From Octopus vulgaris (taxonomy: Eukaryota): a DNA stretch of 64,000 nt. Positions within the stretch are counted from its first letter, which is position 1; each line of letters starts with the position of its first letter. Location of the stretch: positions 135,160,001 through 135,224,000 of the forward strand of contig OX597816.1 in assembly GCA_951406725.2 (NCBI GenBank), written 5' to 3'. Under the pieces are notes generated by a model. The model was not told where the DNA came from. It ran no database searches and worked only from the letters and a program-made list of their open reading frames with translations. Positions 1 through 14,200 of the stretch are shown here, in pieces. Made by a program: the position numbers and the translations under genes.

Positions 1-720
1 GCCACTCTACAATGAATATTACCAACAGTAGTGAATCCAAGGTTTGGCTATATCCCCCCACAATCTTCCTTCTGTACATTAATGACCTATTTTCAGTCAC
101 TTAACAACATTCATACGTAGATAGTACAGCTCGTCACTACTTAACTTTGTGCATACAGGCATCATCTAAACGTAACTAAAACACTTCATGCCAGATCTAT
201 ATTATCTCCATGAACAGAGACCTTGAGTAGCATTCTTCAAACACTCTAGTATCTTTTGATAGCAAAAACATAATCACTTCATACATGAAGAAAACTCTCT
301 TTGCACATAAACAATATACAACTAAAACTCACACGTTGCCCAGAGTGCTAGACTTTACAATTATTAGACATCTATAACATTACCAAAATTGCAGCAACAA
401 ACACTAGTATTCCTCTTTAGAATCAGAAAAATTTCATGTGCCCAGTTTGGGGTGCTCTACAAAGTTTGCATTGGAATACTGGTCCTATATCTGGGATAGT
501 ACAACATTCTTAAACTACTAACTCACAGACAGGCTGTTTTCCATGTTCTGCCAAACTCAATGGTCTCTACTCTTCTGAACTTAATTAACTGCATACCTCA
601 TACACAGTTCCACCAAGCACATCCATTACTCTTCCTTACATCACCCTTGCTGAATCTTAGCATCCAAGACCTGCACTTTCTAAAATCTACAATCCCTCCC
701 TGCTCACATTTTCCCAGTAG
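1..720 (+). mobile_element. Decayed non-LTR retrotransposon RT / 3' fragment (CR1/Jockey-like)
   Basis: Broken frames give QGLAISPTIFLLYINDL (RT QG-SP motif) near 38-90 and LEYWSYIW near 471-495. Confidence 0.65.
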
Positions 721-722
721 AT

Positions 723-942
723 CCCTTTAGCATTTAAATCACCCATATCTGGACCAAATATCCTTTCTGTTTTATGTTCAAACTGGTCAAATCCAGCCTT
801 TCATATCTACACTACAATGTCATTCTAAAAATAAACAATTACACCACTGAAATCTCAAAGTTACAAGACAGTGCATGAGTAATTCAAAATAATGTGGACA
901 TATAAACATTAGATTTGACAGAGTAATCTGAATGCCAAAGGG
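723..942. mobile_element. piggyBac-like MITE, copy 1
   Basis: Ends CCCTTTAGCATT...AATGCCAAAGGG|TTAA; homologous in inverted orientation to 3259-3479. Confidence 0.75.
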
Positions 943-1102
943 TTAACCTACAGGTGTTCAAAAAGACCATCATATTTCACCAGTCTTAGCTTGCAAAAGT
1001 TATGGGTACTGCTTCTCCTCCACAGTTTAAAAAGGAATGCCACATATATACATTACATTAACCTATATCACATATCTGAAACATATCTCACATATCTTTT
1101 CT

Positions 1103-1318
1103 TCTTTTCTACTCTAGACACAAGACCCAAAATTTTGGGGGAGGGGGCCAGTTGATTAGATCAACCCCAGTACACAACTAGTACTTAATTTATCAACCCC
1201 CGGAAGGATGAAAGGCAAAGTTGACCTCAGCAGAATTTGAACTCAGAACATAAAGACAGACGAAATACTGCTAAGCATTTCGCCCAGCATGCTAACATTT
1301 CTGCCAGCTGGCCACCCT
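1103..1318 (-). mobile_element. tRNA-derived SINE, family A (core gaggttgactttgcctttcatcc...taagtacca)
   Basis: The same core recurs at about 1663-1868(+), 1890-2085(+), 4970-5170(+), 39027-39180(+) and 51595-51810(-). Confidence 0.8.
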
Positions 1319-1662
1319 GAAAACACAATGATTGTTTTCCAACACAATTGGATAGCAAGAGAAAAATGAGCCTTAACAACAACACAGCATTTAGACTGAA
1401 TGCTAATCAGACCATGAATTTATAATTAAAAAGAAATATGCTGTCACATTTCTTTAACATTTGTAAGTTTAAACTAATATTTCCAACAAACATATAGATT
1501 CTACAAGTAAACCTGAAATAATAATAAGTTAAAATATTAACTGATGTATACTATACAAATAGGTACTTTGCCTCTAAGTTGAGATTATATCAAATATATT
1601 GCAAACATAACCAAGTTAACAGATAATAATCTGTTCTTGTATTATATTTATAACTAAAAGAA

Positions 1663-2085
1663 ACGGTGAGCTAGTAGAATTACTGAACAAAATGCTTAAC
1701 AGTATTTCTTCCAGCCTCACATTCTGAGATCAAATGTCACTGAGGTTGACTTTGTCTTTCATCCCTTTGGAGGTTGATAAAATAAGTACCAATTGAACAC
1801 TGGGGTCAATGTAATTGACTAGCACCTCCCCACAAAATTTCTGGCCCCGTACCTTTGGTAGAAAGAATTACATCCTTAACTGAAAGGTCAGTTGACTGAT
1901 TGAATCAGTAGAACACTGAACAAAATGTATTGCAGTATTTAGTTGCATCGTTTCTCAGAACAATTCCTGAGATAGACTTTAACCTTTCATCTTCCAAGGG
2001 GTTGATAAAATAAAGAATCAAAGTATTGGGTGTATTGGAATTAACAATTCCTTCCTCTACAATTTGTGCCTATGTTAGAAATCAA
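1663..2085 (+). mobile_element. Two tandem decayed family A SINE copies
   Basis: gaggttgactttgtctttcatcc...aagtaccaattgaacactggggtc, followed by a second more degenerate copy. Confidence 0.7.
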
Positions 2086-2184
2086 TAAACCACATATTTA
2101 GAAAAGAAAGCCATGAATATCATAACTCTCCAAAATTATTCCTCACCTAAAATATAAGATATTTGTATCTTTTATTCTTTTTTT

Positions 2185-2588
2185 CTTTTATTTGTTTCAG
2201 TCATTTGACTGCAACCATGCTGGAGCACTGCCTTTAGTCAAGCAAATCGACCCCAAGATTTATTCTTTGTAAGGCTAGTACTTATTCTATTGGTCTCTCT
2301 TGCCAAACCGCTAAGTGACGGGGACGTAAACACACCACCATCAGTTGTCAAGCGATGTTGGGGGGACAAACACAGACACAAAAACATATACATACATACA
2401 TACATATATATATATGTATATACATATATACAACGGGCTTCTTTCAGTTTCCATCTACCAAATCCACTCACAAGGCTTTGGTCGGCCCAAGGCTATAGTA
2501 GAAGACACTTGCCCAAGGTGCCACACAGTGGGACTGAACCCGGAACCATGTGGTTGGTAAGCAAGCTACTTACCACATAGCCACTCCT
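2185..2588 (-). mobile_element. tRNA-derived SINE, family B, near full length
   Basis: Reverse complement of 8370-8750: A/B-box head, accttgggcaagtg core, internal (TA/TG)n, gctccagcatgg tail. Confidence 0.9.
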
Positions 2589-3258
2589 AGTAAAAAAAAA
2601 AACTACATATTTTTTCATCTATTTCTATATAGTTTGAATGGGTTGTATAAGTATAAAAAAATCAAAGATATATAGAAATTATTGAAATAGGTTTTTATAC
2701 CAGACAACTCCTAAAGCTTAATTGAAGGAAACAGAAAAAGAAAAGTTTCTAATAACTTTTTGATCTATAATCCAGACTTGATTTTCTCTTGTCTTGATTA
2801 TTTTTCTGTTTGAATGAAATAGGATTAATTTTCAAGGAGGGTTAACTTCTATATTAAGGAGGTCAAGTAACTACATATTTATAAGCTTACACACTAGTAA
2901 AAATATGCGTTTCAACAAAGTGTGTCTATATGTTTCAATAAAATACTTAATCAAGATCTAAATTATTAAATTAAGTCGCTTATTGATATAATAGGTTGGT
3001 ATTTGTAACATAACACTACCTTCTTACATTAAGATCAAATAGGACTTTTGCCTAAAAACCAGATCAATTACAGTATATCACAAACATTGCAATTTTAAAA
3101 ATAGTATCTTAACAATGGATAGACTGATTGAATTTGACCATATACAATATTCAGTGGTTAGATAGAGAAAGGGCTCAAAAAAATAAGGACAAAAATATCT
3201 ATTACAACATTCCTTACATACATTCTACAGAGCAAGCCCTTTCTTAGGTGGGTTTTAA

Positions 3259-3479
3259 CCCTTTAGTGTTCGCATTATTCTGCCAAAATTAATCCCTTTT
3301 TATCCACATTGCCTTGAACTAATCAGGCATTATCTTGTAGCTATGAGATTTTGATGAGGTAGCTGTTAATTTTTAAAATGATATTGTAGGGTTGGTGTGA
3401 GAGACCAGATCTGGCCAGTTTGAACATAAAACAGGCAGAATACTTTTGGCCGGATATGGCCGGTTTAAATGCTAAAGGG
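3259..3479. mobile_element. piggyBac-like MITE, copy 2, with TTAA target duplication
   Basis: TTAA|CCCTTTAG...GCTAAAGGG|TTAA, 221 bp, non-coding. Confidence 0.85.
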
Positions 3480-6400
3480 TTAAGCACAATATGGTTCAGT
3501 AAGAAAGATAGAAACTTGCTTCATGACCAAGAGTGTGTGTGTATGTACTAAATTATGGACGTACTGCGTTGATACAAATACTTCAGTAACAAATGAAAAC
3601 TGTCCAGCAGCAGTGATGAGAATGCTAGATATGTAATTCTGCCTTTTTGAATTTCATCAGTAGCATGTACCCCACGAAATTAATTCGGTTTTTCATGATG
3701 TATTTGTATTAAATATGATACATATATGGCTATTTTAATCTAATACTGCTTCTAATGCACGTAACAGATTTTTAATCAGCCCACAGGCTCATTGCAACAT
3801 CAGTAATTTTGCAACCACCATTTTCCTAATCAATTCTGAATGAATACCACAGTTAATTTGGCTTTCTGTGATGTGTCTGCACTAAGTATGATACATATAT
3901 GGGCTATCTATCTATCTATCTATCTATCTAGATACACACACACACATTTAAAAGTAAATATTCAATAGAGAAAATATGTAAAGAATGAACCTGCTACATT
4001 GTGTTTAATGTTTATTCTTTAGTAGTTTCTTTTGATGTCCTTTAAAAAAAAACACAAACAACGATATGTAGGGCAAGTATAACTTGACCCATTACAGAAA
4101 ATTACCAAGAATAAAAATCAAGAAAAAAATAGGACAGGTAAATACCTGTCAGAGACATACAGTAATGGAAGTGTGACAACAACTTTATCAGCTGTAAGAA
4201 AAACAGCCTACTCAAATCAACTGGAAACTGTCAAATTTGTTTTTAACATTCTTGCTCTTGGCTTCTTTAAGGAATTCCTGAACATGAATATGAAGGGAGG
4301 GGGTGAATGAAAGAGAGAGTAATAAGACTGAACAAAAGAAGAAAAGAAACATGATGAGAAACAGGTGAAAGAGGAAAAAAAGTGAAATAAAGACAGAGAA
4401 TGGGAGAGAAAGGAAACCAGAAAATGACAGACTGAGGGGAGGGGAAGGCAGAGAGAGAGAGAGAACAAATGACAATTTCTTACATTATTGGCACAAGACC
4501 TTAAATAAGTAAAGGAGGCAAATAGTAGAATTAATTAACCTCAATACGTGAATAGTGTTAATTCTACTAAAACAAATTCAACCCTTATGGGAATTGAACT
4601 CAAAAAATCTAGATGAAAAGAATTAATGCTATACTGTGCTACAGAGTATAACTATACTGTTTATTCAACACTGTTGTAATAGAGAAATGCAGACATGTTT
4701 TCATATGAAGAAAAATAAGGATCAGCTGAACTAGCCCCATTCATGTATTGAGATGTCATCAGCAGCTGAGTACCCATCCTAACTATCCACAGTGACACCA
4801 TTTATAAACCCACTATTATTTGGAGCAGAAGTAAATTGGATACACCATTTTGCATCCGTTAACTATATTTTGATTAGTGTATTTCCAGTTTTAAAGGAAT
4901 ATAAACTTGGCACCCAATGATGATCAATACTCTTATCTAAATATGTCTTGAAACAAAATTTTGCCAGGCCCTGGTAGAATTGTTAGCACATCAGAAAAAA
5001 TGCTCAGCAGCGTTTCTTCCAGCTCTTTATGTTCTGAATTCAAATTCTGCAGAAGTCAACTGCGTTTTTCAACTTTTCAGGATAAAAAAAATAAGAAAAA
5101 GCTGAGCACTGATGGTCAATACAATTGACTAATCCTTTTTCCCTAAAATTGCCAGCCTTGTTCCAAAACTTAAAACCATATTATTCAAACTATCTAACTG
5201 GCTTTTCCTCCTCTCTCTCCTCTTAATTGTATTCTATTTTTCATTCAAACTTTTCCAACCAAGACCAGTTTATATATATATACAAGCCGTATACAATATT
5301 ATTTTAGGAAGAAATTCAAAGTCTTACAGCTTTTTCTGGGATATCCCCAAGTATGGGATATTCCATCATATATTTATATTCCCTCTCTTGAAGAAGGGCA
5401 AGTGCCCAAATTAGATACTTTCATTCCTCATGCCAAATCAACACAGTGAATTCTTCTCCAAACTCGTCTTTTAATGAAATGGAATTAAAAAGCATCTTTT
5501 TTAAACCTCAAGTTCTGTTACATTTTACAGCTTAGTCTCTATTTAATTCTTGATGAATTTCAAATAAGAGGCTCAGGCAGAGCAGGTGAGGTTCCAGGCT
5601 CAGTCCTACTTTGGGCAAGTGTCTTCTACTATAACATTAGGCAGACCAAGTCCTTGTGAGTGAATTTGGTAGACAGAAACTAAAAGAAGCCTGACATGTA
5701 TGTGTATGTGTGCATGTGTTTGTTGTTTACATTTGCACTTTATGAAAGTCATTACAAGCAGTGTTCTTATTGTCTGTCATTCCTGTCATCAAATCATCTA
5801 CTCACTTCATTGAAGATGTGTGAAATAAGAGATCCCTTACTTAGTAAAAGTTATGGATGAGTGACAAGAAGGCATCTGGCTATAAAATAATGTATTGATA
5901 ATATATTCATGTAACCCACGCTAGAATGAAAAAAATGGATATAAAATGAACAAATCCATAACTGACATATATATATATATATAAATATACCATTACATTT
6001 CATTAATATGATTTGAACCAACTAGCCATCAGTATTAGAATATCAAGATATTATTTGTTTGAATAAACAAAGGAAAACAAACAACAATGCCAAATTCTAT
6101 TAGCCTTTAACTGATGCTTCTTGTGATCTAAATATATATATATATAGGGTCGTCCCATAAATAATATTTTTTTTTCACCTGCATGAACTAAAAGTTGGAG
6201 GGGGACAGGATAAACTACCTGCATCAACTTGCTATACCATTTTGACTTTTTTTTATGCTTTTAATTTTTAGAACCTGCTTTAATGCTGAAACTTTTACTG
6301 CAACTCTTTGACAGATTCTGCTATGAGAGTTAAGTTTCTAGCAAATAAAAAATTCCAAGCACATCTTATCCCAGATTCTTGAATTATAGCTTCAAGGTTT

Positions 6401-8369
6401 ATACTGAATTAAAAAAGAAGGTGTGTATGAGTACATGTCCCTGATAGACACCATCTTGTATGCTAAATACCTTGCTGTCAACTTTAATCTTGCTAACACA
6501 GTACCTCCATACACAGCTTGAGTGATTTGCTCTTAGCAAAAATCTCTTGAAGCCTTCAACATCATAGAAACTATCCCTAATGGATTCGTTTCTTTTCTCA
6601 TCTTCATTTCTTCAGGAGCAATAATAACCATATTGAAACTAATCACGAAAGTTTGATCCACTTTTAGTAGTCCCTTATTAAACCATTCATATACTAATGC
6701 AGTGTTTATCAAGAAGGGTAAGGGTGTTGTGAAGATTAAAAAGTGGGTAGACAAATTGCCATTTGATTTGATTTAATCTAGTTTCAGCTGTCACCATGCT
6801 GGGGCACCTAAAATAAAAATGGTTGCCAACTTTTTAAGCTAGTCAAACTCCTAGGTGAAAAACAAAATTATATGAATGCAAAATCTATTTTGTCATCTCA
6901 TTAACAGAGGGGAGGAAGAGTGTCAAAAAATGTTATGGATTGATATATAGTGCATATTACTCACTCAACTAAGAATATGCACTATAAGCCTGATCAATGA
7001 ATAACATTTAATCAAATGTTTAAAACACAAATTTAATACTTATAAATATCTAATTTGATTTTTTTTTCTTTTCAGAAAATGAAAAACAAACAATAGAAGA
7101 TAAAAAATCTACTTTACATAGTTTCTAATATAAATTAGTATGATTTTTTTTCTTTAATGTTTCCCATCTTGACTGTCAAGTTGCTGTTCAGTTCCAATCT
7201 TCAGAAAACAACTTTTAACTCAACTGGGTTATTTCATGAGAAATATCAAAACACAAGTCTTTAGCTATGAATGCAAGTTCAAACATATCTCAAACCATTT
7301 CAAATTGTTGATCTCATAACAAATATAAACTTATAATACACATTGTGCATTTCAAAAATTCTTACTGAAAAATAGTAGAATTTAGTGAAACCAAAAGGCT
7401 ATTGACTTTCTTTCATCCACACTTCCATTATAATTCATGAAACAATGAACAACTCTCTAAACATGTTGACAAACATCAATAAATTCACTCAAAAGATTTT
7501 TTTTTTAGTCAAAGTCATTTTTGAGAAAACTTCAAATTTTGTTTTTCTTTTATATGGTGGTGGACAAGTTCATTTTAAAATAAGTAACTTTTTCAATATA
7601 AGTTGACAACTGCTAGTACGCTTCAAAAACTTGAGTCATCAACACATTTGTTTTTTTCTCATCTAACTAACTTCTTTCAATTGCTTTCTCAGAAATTGCT
7701 TCATGTCTTATTTTAGTACCAATGAATAAGTTATGGGACAGCAAATTATTGAAGTAAAATATGGCATGCAGCCAATAGCTATTAGAAAATTGTTGTCCAC
7801 TTCAGATTTAAAAAACAAATTTACAGTAGAAAAAAAAAGTCACTTTAACTCAGAACACAATTTTCTGAACATAAAATAATTTTCCTTTATTGTTTGTAAC
7901 TGACCAACATCATTTTTCCATTGGATGACAGGCCAATTATTGAATATTATGTGTTATTAACATCATTAGCATAAGGAACAGCATTTTAATTGGGGGACTT
8001 TAGGATGAATATCCCCAGCACCACCACCTTCCTTAATTTTAAGAAATATTTAAAGGTTACTTTATACAGAAAACCTTTCTACTTCAAATGTTAATTCTGA
8101 AACTTTTTTTAACATAACTCACCAGCTAATACAATGCTAACACAATGGGATAATAAATTACAATATATTCCATTAAATTTATCATTAGGTAAATATTTTG
8201 CTTCCATACTCACATAAATTGAACTGGACAACTCATTTGCTGTACAGTTCTCAGCTGGAGTCCAATGACCCTTGGGGGTCAACATAAGCTGTTGTTAAAA
8301 ATTTTATGTACAATAAAATAGTTATACTTCTATAATACACAAACTATTTAAACAATTCCTAATAATATT

Positions 8370-8750
8370 TAGGCGTAGGAATGGCTATGTGGTAAGTAGC
8401 TTGCTTACCAACCACATGGTTCCGGGTTCAGTCCCACTGCGTGGCACCTTGGGCAAGTGTCTTCTACTATAGCCTCGGGCCGACCAAAGCCTTGTGAGTG
8501 GATTTGGCAGACGGAAACTGGAAGAAGCCCGTCGTATATATGTATATATATGAGTGTATGTGTTTGTTCCCCCAACATCACTTGACAACCGATGGTGGTG
8601 TGTTTACGTCCCCGTAACTTAGCAGTTTGGCAAAAGAGACCGATAGAATAAGTACTAGGCTTATAAAGAATAAGTCCTGGGGTCGATTTGCTCGACTACA
8701 AGGCGGTGCTCCAGCATGGCCACAGTCAAATGACTGAAACAAGTAAAATA
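8370..8750 (+). mobile_element. tRNA-derived SINE, family B, full length
   Basis: A box tggctatgtgg and B box gggttcagtccc; partial copies at about 5580-5950, 31140-31280 and 31630-31740. Confidence 0.9.
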
Positions 8751-11700
8751 GTAATCCCTACAATTCCTAATAATATCTAATTATAAAAATATAGGATTTT
8801 TTAAGCATCAAATGGCTAAGAGGGTCTACACAAGTGAAATAGAGATCAAAAGGATCCCTAGATAAAAACTGGTTGAGAGCTATTCAACATTTCAGTTCAT
8901 TCTAATTTTTACAATTTTAAGGCGTTTTCCTATCCTACCTATATCCGTAAAGTCCTCCACTCTCAGCTCACAACACGCAGTATCAGCAGATATAGCCAAG
9001 CAAGATATAATTCTATGCGTACATGACAATCGACATAGTTTACTCCACAATAGACAGTTTTCGAAATAGTGATATAGAAAGAAATAGTTATTCAGATTCA
9101 GATCGGGAATTAAAGACAGAAAATGAGACGATATAGAAAAAAGAAGAAAGTGCAAGAATATACTAGAAAAAAATAATAATAGCGAGCGCAAGAGTGTATG
9201 TTCACTTCTTTTGAAGATGGAATATTAATTCTTTGTGTAATTTTCATTGATACAAGACAATCTGAGATGATCTCGATGGATCGGGCAACGTAAATAACAT
9301 CACAAAAGATGAAATCAATAAATAGTTCGATAATCTCTCTTTTCGTGCTGACTTCAGCGATATCTCTCTAAGTGAGGAAAGGTATATTTATTAATTCAAT
9401 GTGATTCCTTTCCTTATCAAACACAAAAACTCAGTTAAAGGAAAATTTGCAGAGAAATTATCAGAGTTGTGTGTGTGTGTGCGTGTGTATTTTAAAGACA
9501 AGGTATTATATTTTGTCACTTTCGCACAGATAAACTACAGTGGAATTAAGATAGAGTTTGAACCCAGAACTATGAGACATTGTACTCCTTAGCAACGAAC
9601 ACATTCTCGAGTATATAATTCTGCAGTTGATAAACGTAAATCAAGGAACAAAAAAATTTCCTGAAACCTGTTGCACACCTTTTGTGGAAGCTAAATGCTA
9701 AGTTTTGTTAACACCAGTCACAGGTGCTTGAAGGAAGACTGAATTTCATGAAATTGGACAATCGAAATAAGAGCCAGATAGATTTCTAAGAGATTTAAAG
9801 CAATTTTGTTTTGATATAAGATTCAACTGAAAGCTTATTTTGAAAACACGAATAACTTGGCAATTGTTGTAGCTGGACCAATGATAAATTCAAAATAAGG
9901 CAAAAATGTTTCTGGTTTTTATGAACAGCCTGGTTCCGCCAAGATTTACAAAGCAAGAAGATGGATTAGAGACACAATCTCCAATAATGACATTCATGGG
10001 CGGACTATCACTTAAGCTACACCCAAATTTCAGTAACAGGTAATCCAGCTTCAGTTCACATGGAGAGGCATACAAATAATTTAAGCAGTTAGTTGTAAAG
10101 AAAGATCAGATATCCTAATAACTTGTTTGTGTCAGTATGTTCGAAATATATAGTATTTTAGTTTTAAGCGAGAGGAAAAAATAATAAAAATGTATTGATT
10201 CATTTTATCATTTTTAAGAAAATTTAGCTTCAGTGCAAGGCACGAAAGACAATTTCGGAATGCCTATACTGCAATATCTTAAAATTCATATTACCATCAA
10301 CAGCTGTATTGGAAATGTTAATGAACTATAATTAAATGACTTAACAATATAGTTTACTTTTGCGCGATTTCGATTTCTAATCTCATCACAACCTATATGT
10401 GCGCCCTTTACGTGGGGTGAAAGAAATCACAAAATTTCATTTATGAAGTAAACATGAACCCAAATAACCTCAAACAGAAATGTATCATAAGTTGATCGCT
10501 GACATTTAAACGCTATAGTCACAAGTTCAAGTCTTAACAATTGCCAGGCTGAACGTTTTTCTTCTTGGGTCGATAAATCAGTTTGATTTGAATGAGAGAA
10601 ATCATATAGGATAGAAAACAAACTGAATTTCAACCTCTGTGCAGTAAAAACTTCCTTGATTTTAAAAGCTACTGTATTAAATAGCTTTCAAACTAAAATA
10701 AATATAAGTCGAATCAGGGTTTAAATCGATAGAAAACTCAGAAAACTTAGAATAAGCCAGTGAAAGTGTATGGGTTTTTTCGTCTTGTTATTCTTTTTTT
10801 TTTTTTTTACTTTTTTACTTTATTAAATCTAACAAAACATGACTACTGAAGATGTAAAATGTTCGAAAAGTTTTTGAAACTTTTCTATGAATGTTTCAAA
10901 AAGATTGCAAACATGTGCGATGAAATAAAATCAGGAAGCGTAACAACTTTCAGTAAATACGTACAAATTTTCAATAATGAATTGAAATAAAGTCTTGCCG
11001 AAAGCAACAAAACTTGGTGAAATTTCAAAAAGTAAAGTAAAGGGAAAATAAATTGAACGTTACCTGGTATTGATCACGAATTTGGTCCAGGAATATGTAT
11101 TTCCATCATTAGAAAAATAATATTGTAGTTGAAATCAACATAACTATTGGTAATATCAACAGAAAGCGCATTAGTAAATATTAGGTGATAATTCAAGGCA
11201 TATTGTGATAAACAGGGGTTTGCGTTTGTCATAGATAAACAATGAAATGATATTCTGTTTGTGGTTTAGATAAGAAAATAAATACAAATTAAAATAATCC
11301 TGAGTGTGTTTGGTACTTCCTACCGGTCAATGAACATGTGTAGAGTTCTTCAATGAAACTTGCAACATCAATAAAAAGTTTTGAAGTCTGCCTGTTGCAC
11401 CAAATACAATTTAGGTGAGAGTTCAATCAGGGTAAGTAACTCTTACTGACCAAAAAATTCTTTATAGTCTCTAAATAATGTCTGTTTTATTAATAGTCAC
11501 AGGTAATTACAGGAAAAGTGTCTAGTCAGTATTTATGTGAGCATTTGAGTTTTCCAGTCTCTGCTGAGAGAATTTTCTTTCAAATAACCTGACATGGAGC
11601 CGGCTAGATTTTCTTCCCACATTTTCAAATGTTATTAGATTCTTCTAAGAAATATGTATATTTTTTTTGTTTCAACAATGCTCTGCGCCTTCTTATCATG

Positions 11701-11974
11701 ACAGTATGTCGTACCTTTTAAGGAACACACTTTATCTGTTACATTGTTTAACACAGATTTCAAGCTAGACCAATAAAAATGTTTCAGCTGAAGTATTTGA
11801 TATGTTTTATAATTTTTCTGAAGCTGTAACAAAAAAAACAGAACGATGTATATCCTTTGGCCACAATTTAAAGCGAAATTTGGTTCCTGCTCTTAATTGT
11901 TATCTCCTAATGTCAAATCCAAGTATCCAGACGGAATTATTGCTGGAAAGAATATGGGAACATTTAAAATTTGG

Positions 11975-12883
11975 CATACCTACACAATTGTGTGTGACCC
12001 CGCGACTTTGTTAGTAAAATTTTCTCCAATTACATTTCATCAGGTATAGATTCTTGCAAAAGGGTTAGGGGTGGGGGAAGGGTATCTTTTTTTTTTTTTT
12101 CAGAAATGTAAATAAACCCAATCTGTTTCTTAATCGAGGGACATTTTCATATTTCACCGCCAGAAAATTTTACGGCAGATGTTTTCACCTCAATAGGCGT
12201 CATTGATTGGTTGAAATTACCAAAATTGAAGAAAATATCTTACAAACTACAGAATTTTCTCAAGAAACCCAAGAGAAAAAGATGTTTTATAAACACATTC
12301 TACCAGATTACGAAGTTTAAAAGTGTTTAGTTACATAGAAATTATTTTTAAAAACTACCGTTCAAACCGAAAAGATCAAAAAAATGGTTGTTCTTTTTTA
12401 CCAGCAGAGATAATTACATATACAACACGTATGAATATGATAAATATATAATACAAAACCACATTAAAATACGAATTGTTTTCAAATTAGATCCAAATTA
12501 TATTGAAATTTGTTCTGAAAACTATTTTGGAGTTGCGGAAATGAGTTAAATTTGTTTCCTCATGACTAAGAATAATGGATATTTTTTTTTTTAATTAAAT
12601 CTTCTACAGGCACTTTTATGAGGTGTACATTCCAATTATATAGGAAATTAATGTGGAAAAAAGAAAAATGGTGACGTGCACACATACTAACACGCCTCTA
12701 CAAAATGAAACTTGAAATTTTAGAAAAATTGTGATGTGTCGGTATGCGTGAGCGCCCAACAATTTTTTTTTTTACATCAAATTCTGATATAATCGTAACC
12801 TACACCATTTAAAAGGTATTTGATAATAATTTCATAAAAAGTTCATTCTTCTGAAAGTCGGCGGGGGCACACATGTAGGTATG
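11975..12883. mobile_element. Non-autonomous TIR element, with another repeat probably nested inside
   Basis: catacctacacaattgtgtgtgaccccgcgacttt (11975-12009) is an imperfect inverted repeat of aaagtcggcgggggcacacatgtaggtatg (12854-12883). Confidence 0.5.
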
Positions 12884-13132
12884 ATTCAAATCTATCACCA
12901 CAACACCAATGAAAATGAAATACTTATGCATATGTAATGTGCGTGCGTAAGTATGCATCTAGGCATACTTACAGTTAGAATATATGTATTTGCGCTTCTG
13001 ATCCACAGTCAAACAAAGCAAATTAAATTGTATTGGAATTTTGTCAACTATATTAGTATCACAAACAGAAACATTCCTTAGTCTGAAAGAAATAAAACGC
13101 TGTCATCTGGCTTTTTGGCTACATATATACAA

Positions 13133-13136
<4 letters not shown>

Positions 13137-13196
<60 letters not shown>

Positions 13197-13275
13197 CGAG
13201 ACGTCCAAGGAGGCTAAGCCCTTTGTGGATGCGAAACCATTGGTCACTCTATGACCGTACATAAACTTAACTACA

Positions 13276-13358
<83 letters not shown>
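13137..13358. repeat. (TA)n and (CA)n microsatellites flanking an ~80-bp unique insert
   Basis: Direct reading. Confidence 0.95.
13194..13250 (+). ncRNA. 5'-truncated minimal hammerhead ribozyme motif (Penelope/retrozyme type)
   Basis: (c)TGACGA-G-acgtcc...ggatg-C-GAAA-cca-t-tgg-TC; stem II and a palindromic stem III are present; C3 and the 5' strand of stem I are replaced by (TA)n. Confidence 0.55.
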
Positions 13359-13669
13359 CAGTGAATGCACAGTAATCCACATATGATGTAAATTCATTTT
13401 CTGCTACCTACCCAATATGTAAATCCGAACCTCAAACACTGAATGAATTCAGTATATAGTCACAGATATTAGGAATTTTTTTTTTTCCATATATAACATA
13501 TAAACTTGTAAATCTTTTAGAACATTGTCATTTTATAAGATTTTGCTGGCAAATTCTTTAACATAAACATTTATTTATATGAAAGAAAATTACCGAAGAG
13601 CTTTCTCCTAATTCTTCCAAATCTTTCTGCTAAAACTTTATTGAAACCATTTGTGGGGAAGAAAGAGAG

Positions 13670-14200
13670 AAAAAAATGACAAAGCAGCACCAAGCGCTTC
13701 AACTGGTTGCACACCACAAGGTTCAACAGGACCTACTGAAGCAAGCCAGCACGTTCGCAGCATTACCATGGGCGATGGCGAGGCTAAGGCGTTGGAAAGG
13801 CGAAGCCCCCTCACGGGGCATCATCTGACACATCGGTGAGGCGAGCAGCCTGCGACGTCCAGAACTTCGTGGTTAGTGGCCCAGTCCCTCCAAACGTCTC
13901 AAACGTCACAGGCTGGAAAAGATAGTTCACTATCAGGTCCCGATACTTCAGGGTTTGTTCTGTTCGTCTAAGGAAGCAGTGACCCTACCGTTTACTGCAG
14001 TATCCAGGATGTGAGAGAGAGCAAAAGAGTCATAGACTATGGCGTCCTAAATGAGCACCTACCTCTAACCCAGGGATAGCAGATAAAACCATCTGGTCTC
14101 TTGCCATCACTTCTTGGTAACCTCATCGGCTCCACAACTGAGGAGATGTTAATCCGAGCCAGCGCCCACTTAATGATTAAGTTTAGCTCAGTGTGATGAG
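13670..14200 (-). mobile_element. CRE-clade (RLE-type) non-LTR retrotransposon 3' fragment
   Basis: Minus-strand reading HTELNLIIKWALARINISSVVEPMRLPRSDGKRPDG..YPWVRG...KYRDL..NYLFQPVTFETFGG...FQRLSLAIAHGNAANVL is a restriction-like endonuclease domain. Confidence 0.8.

Noticed and set aside
4212-4475. Hydrophobic F/L/S-rich ORFs
   Set aside because: Translation of a low-complexity purine/pyrimidine tract.
11064-11171. Minus-strand signal-peptide-like MRFLLILPIVMLISTTILFF before a splice donor
   Set aside because: Two in-frame stops precede the donor, and no downstream exon was identified.
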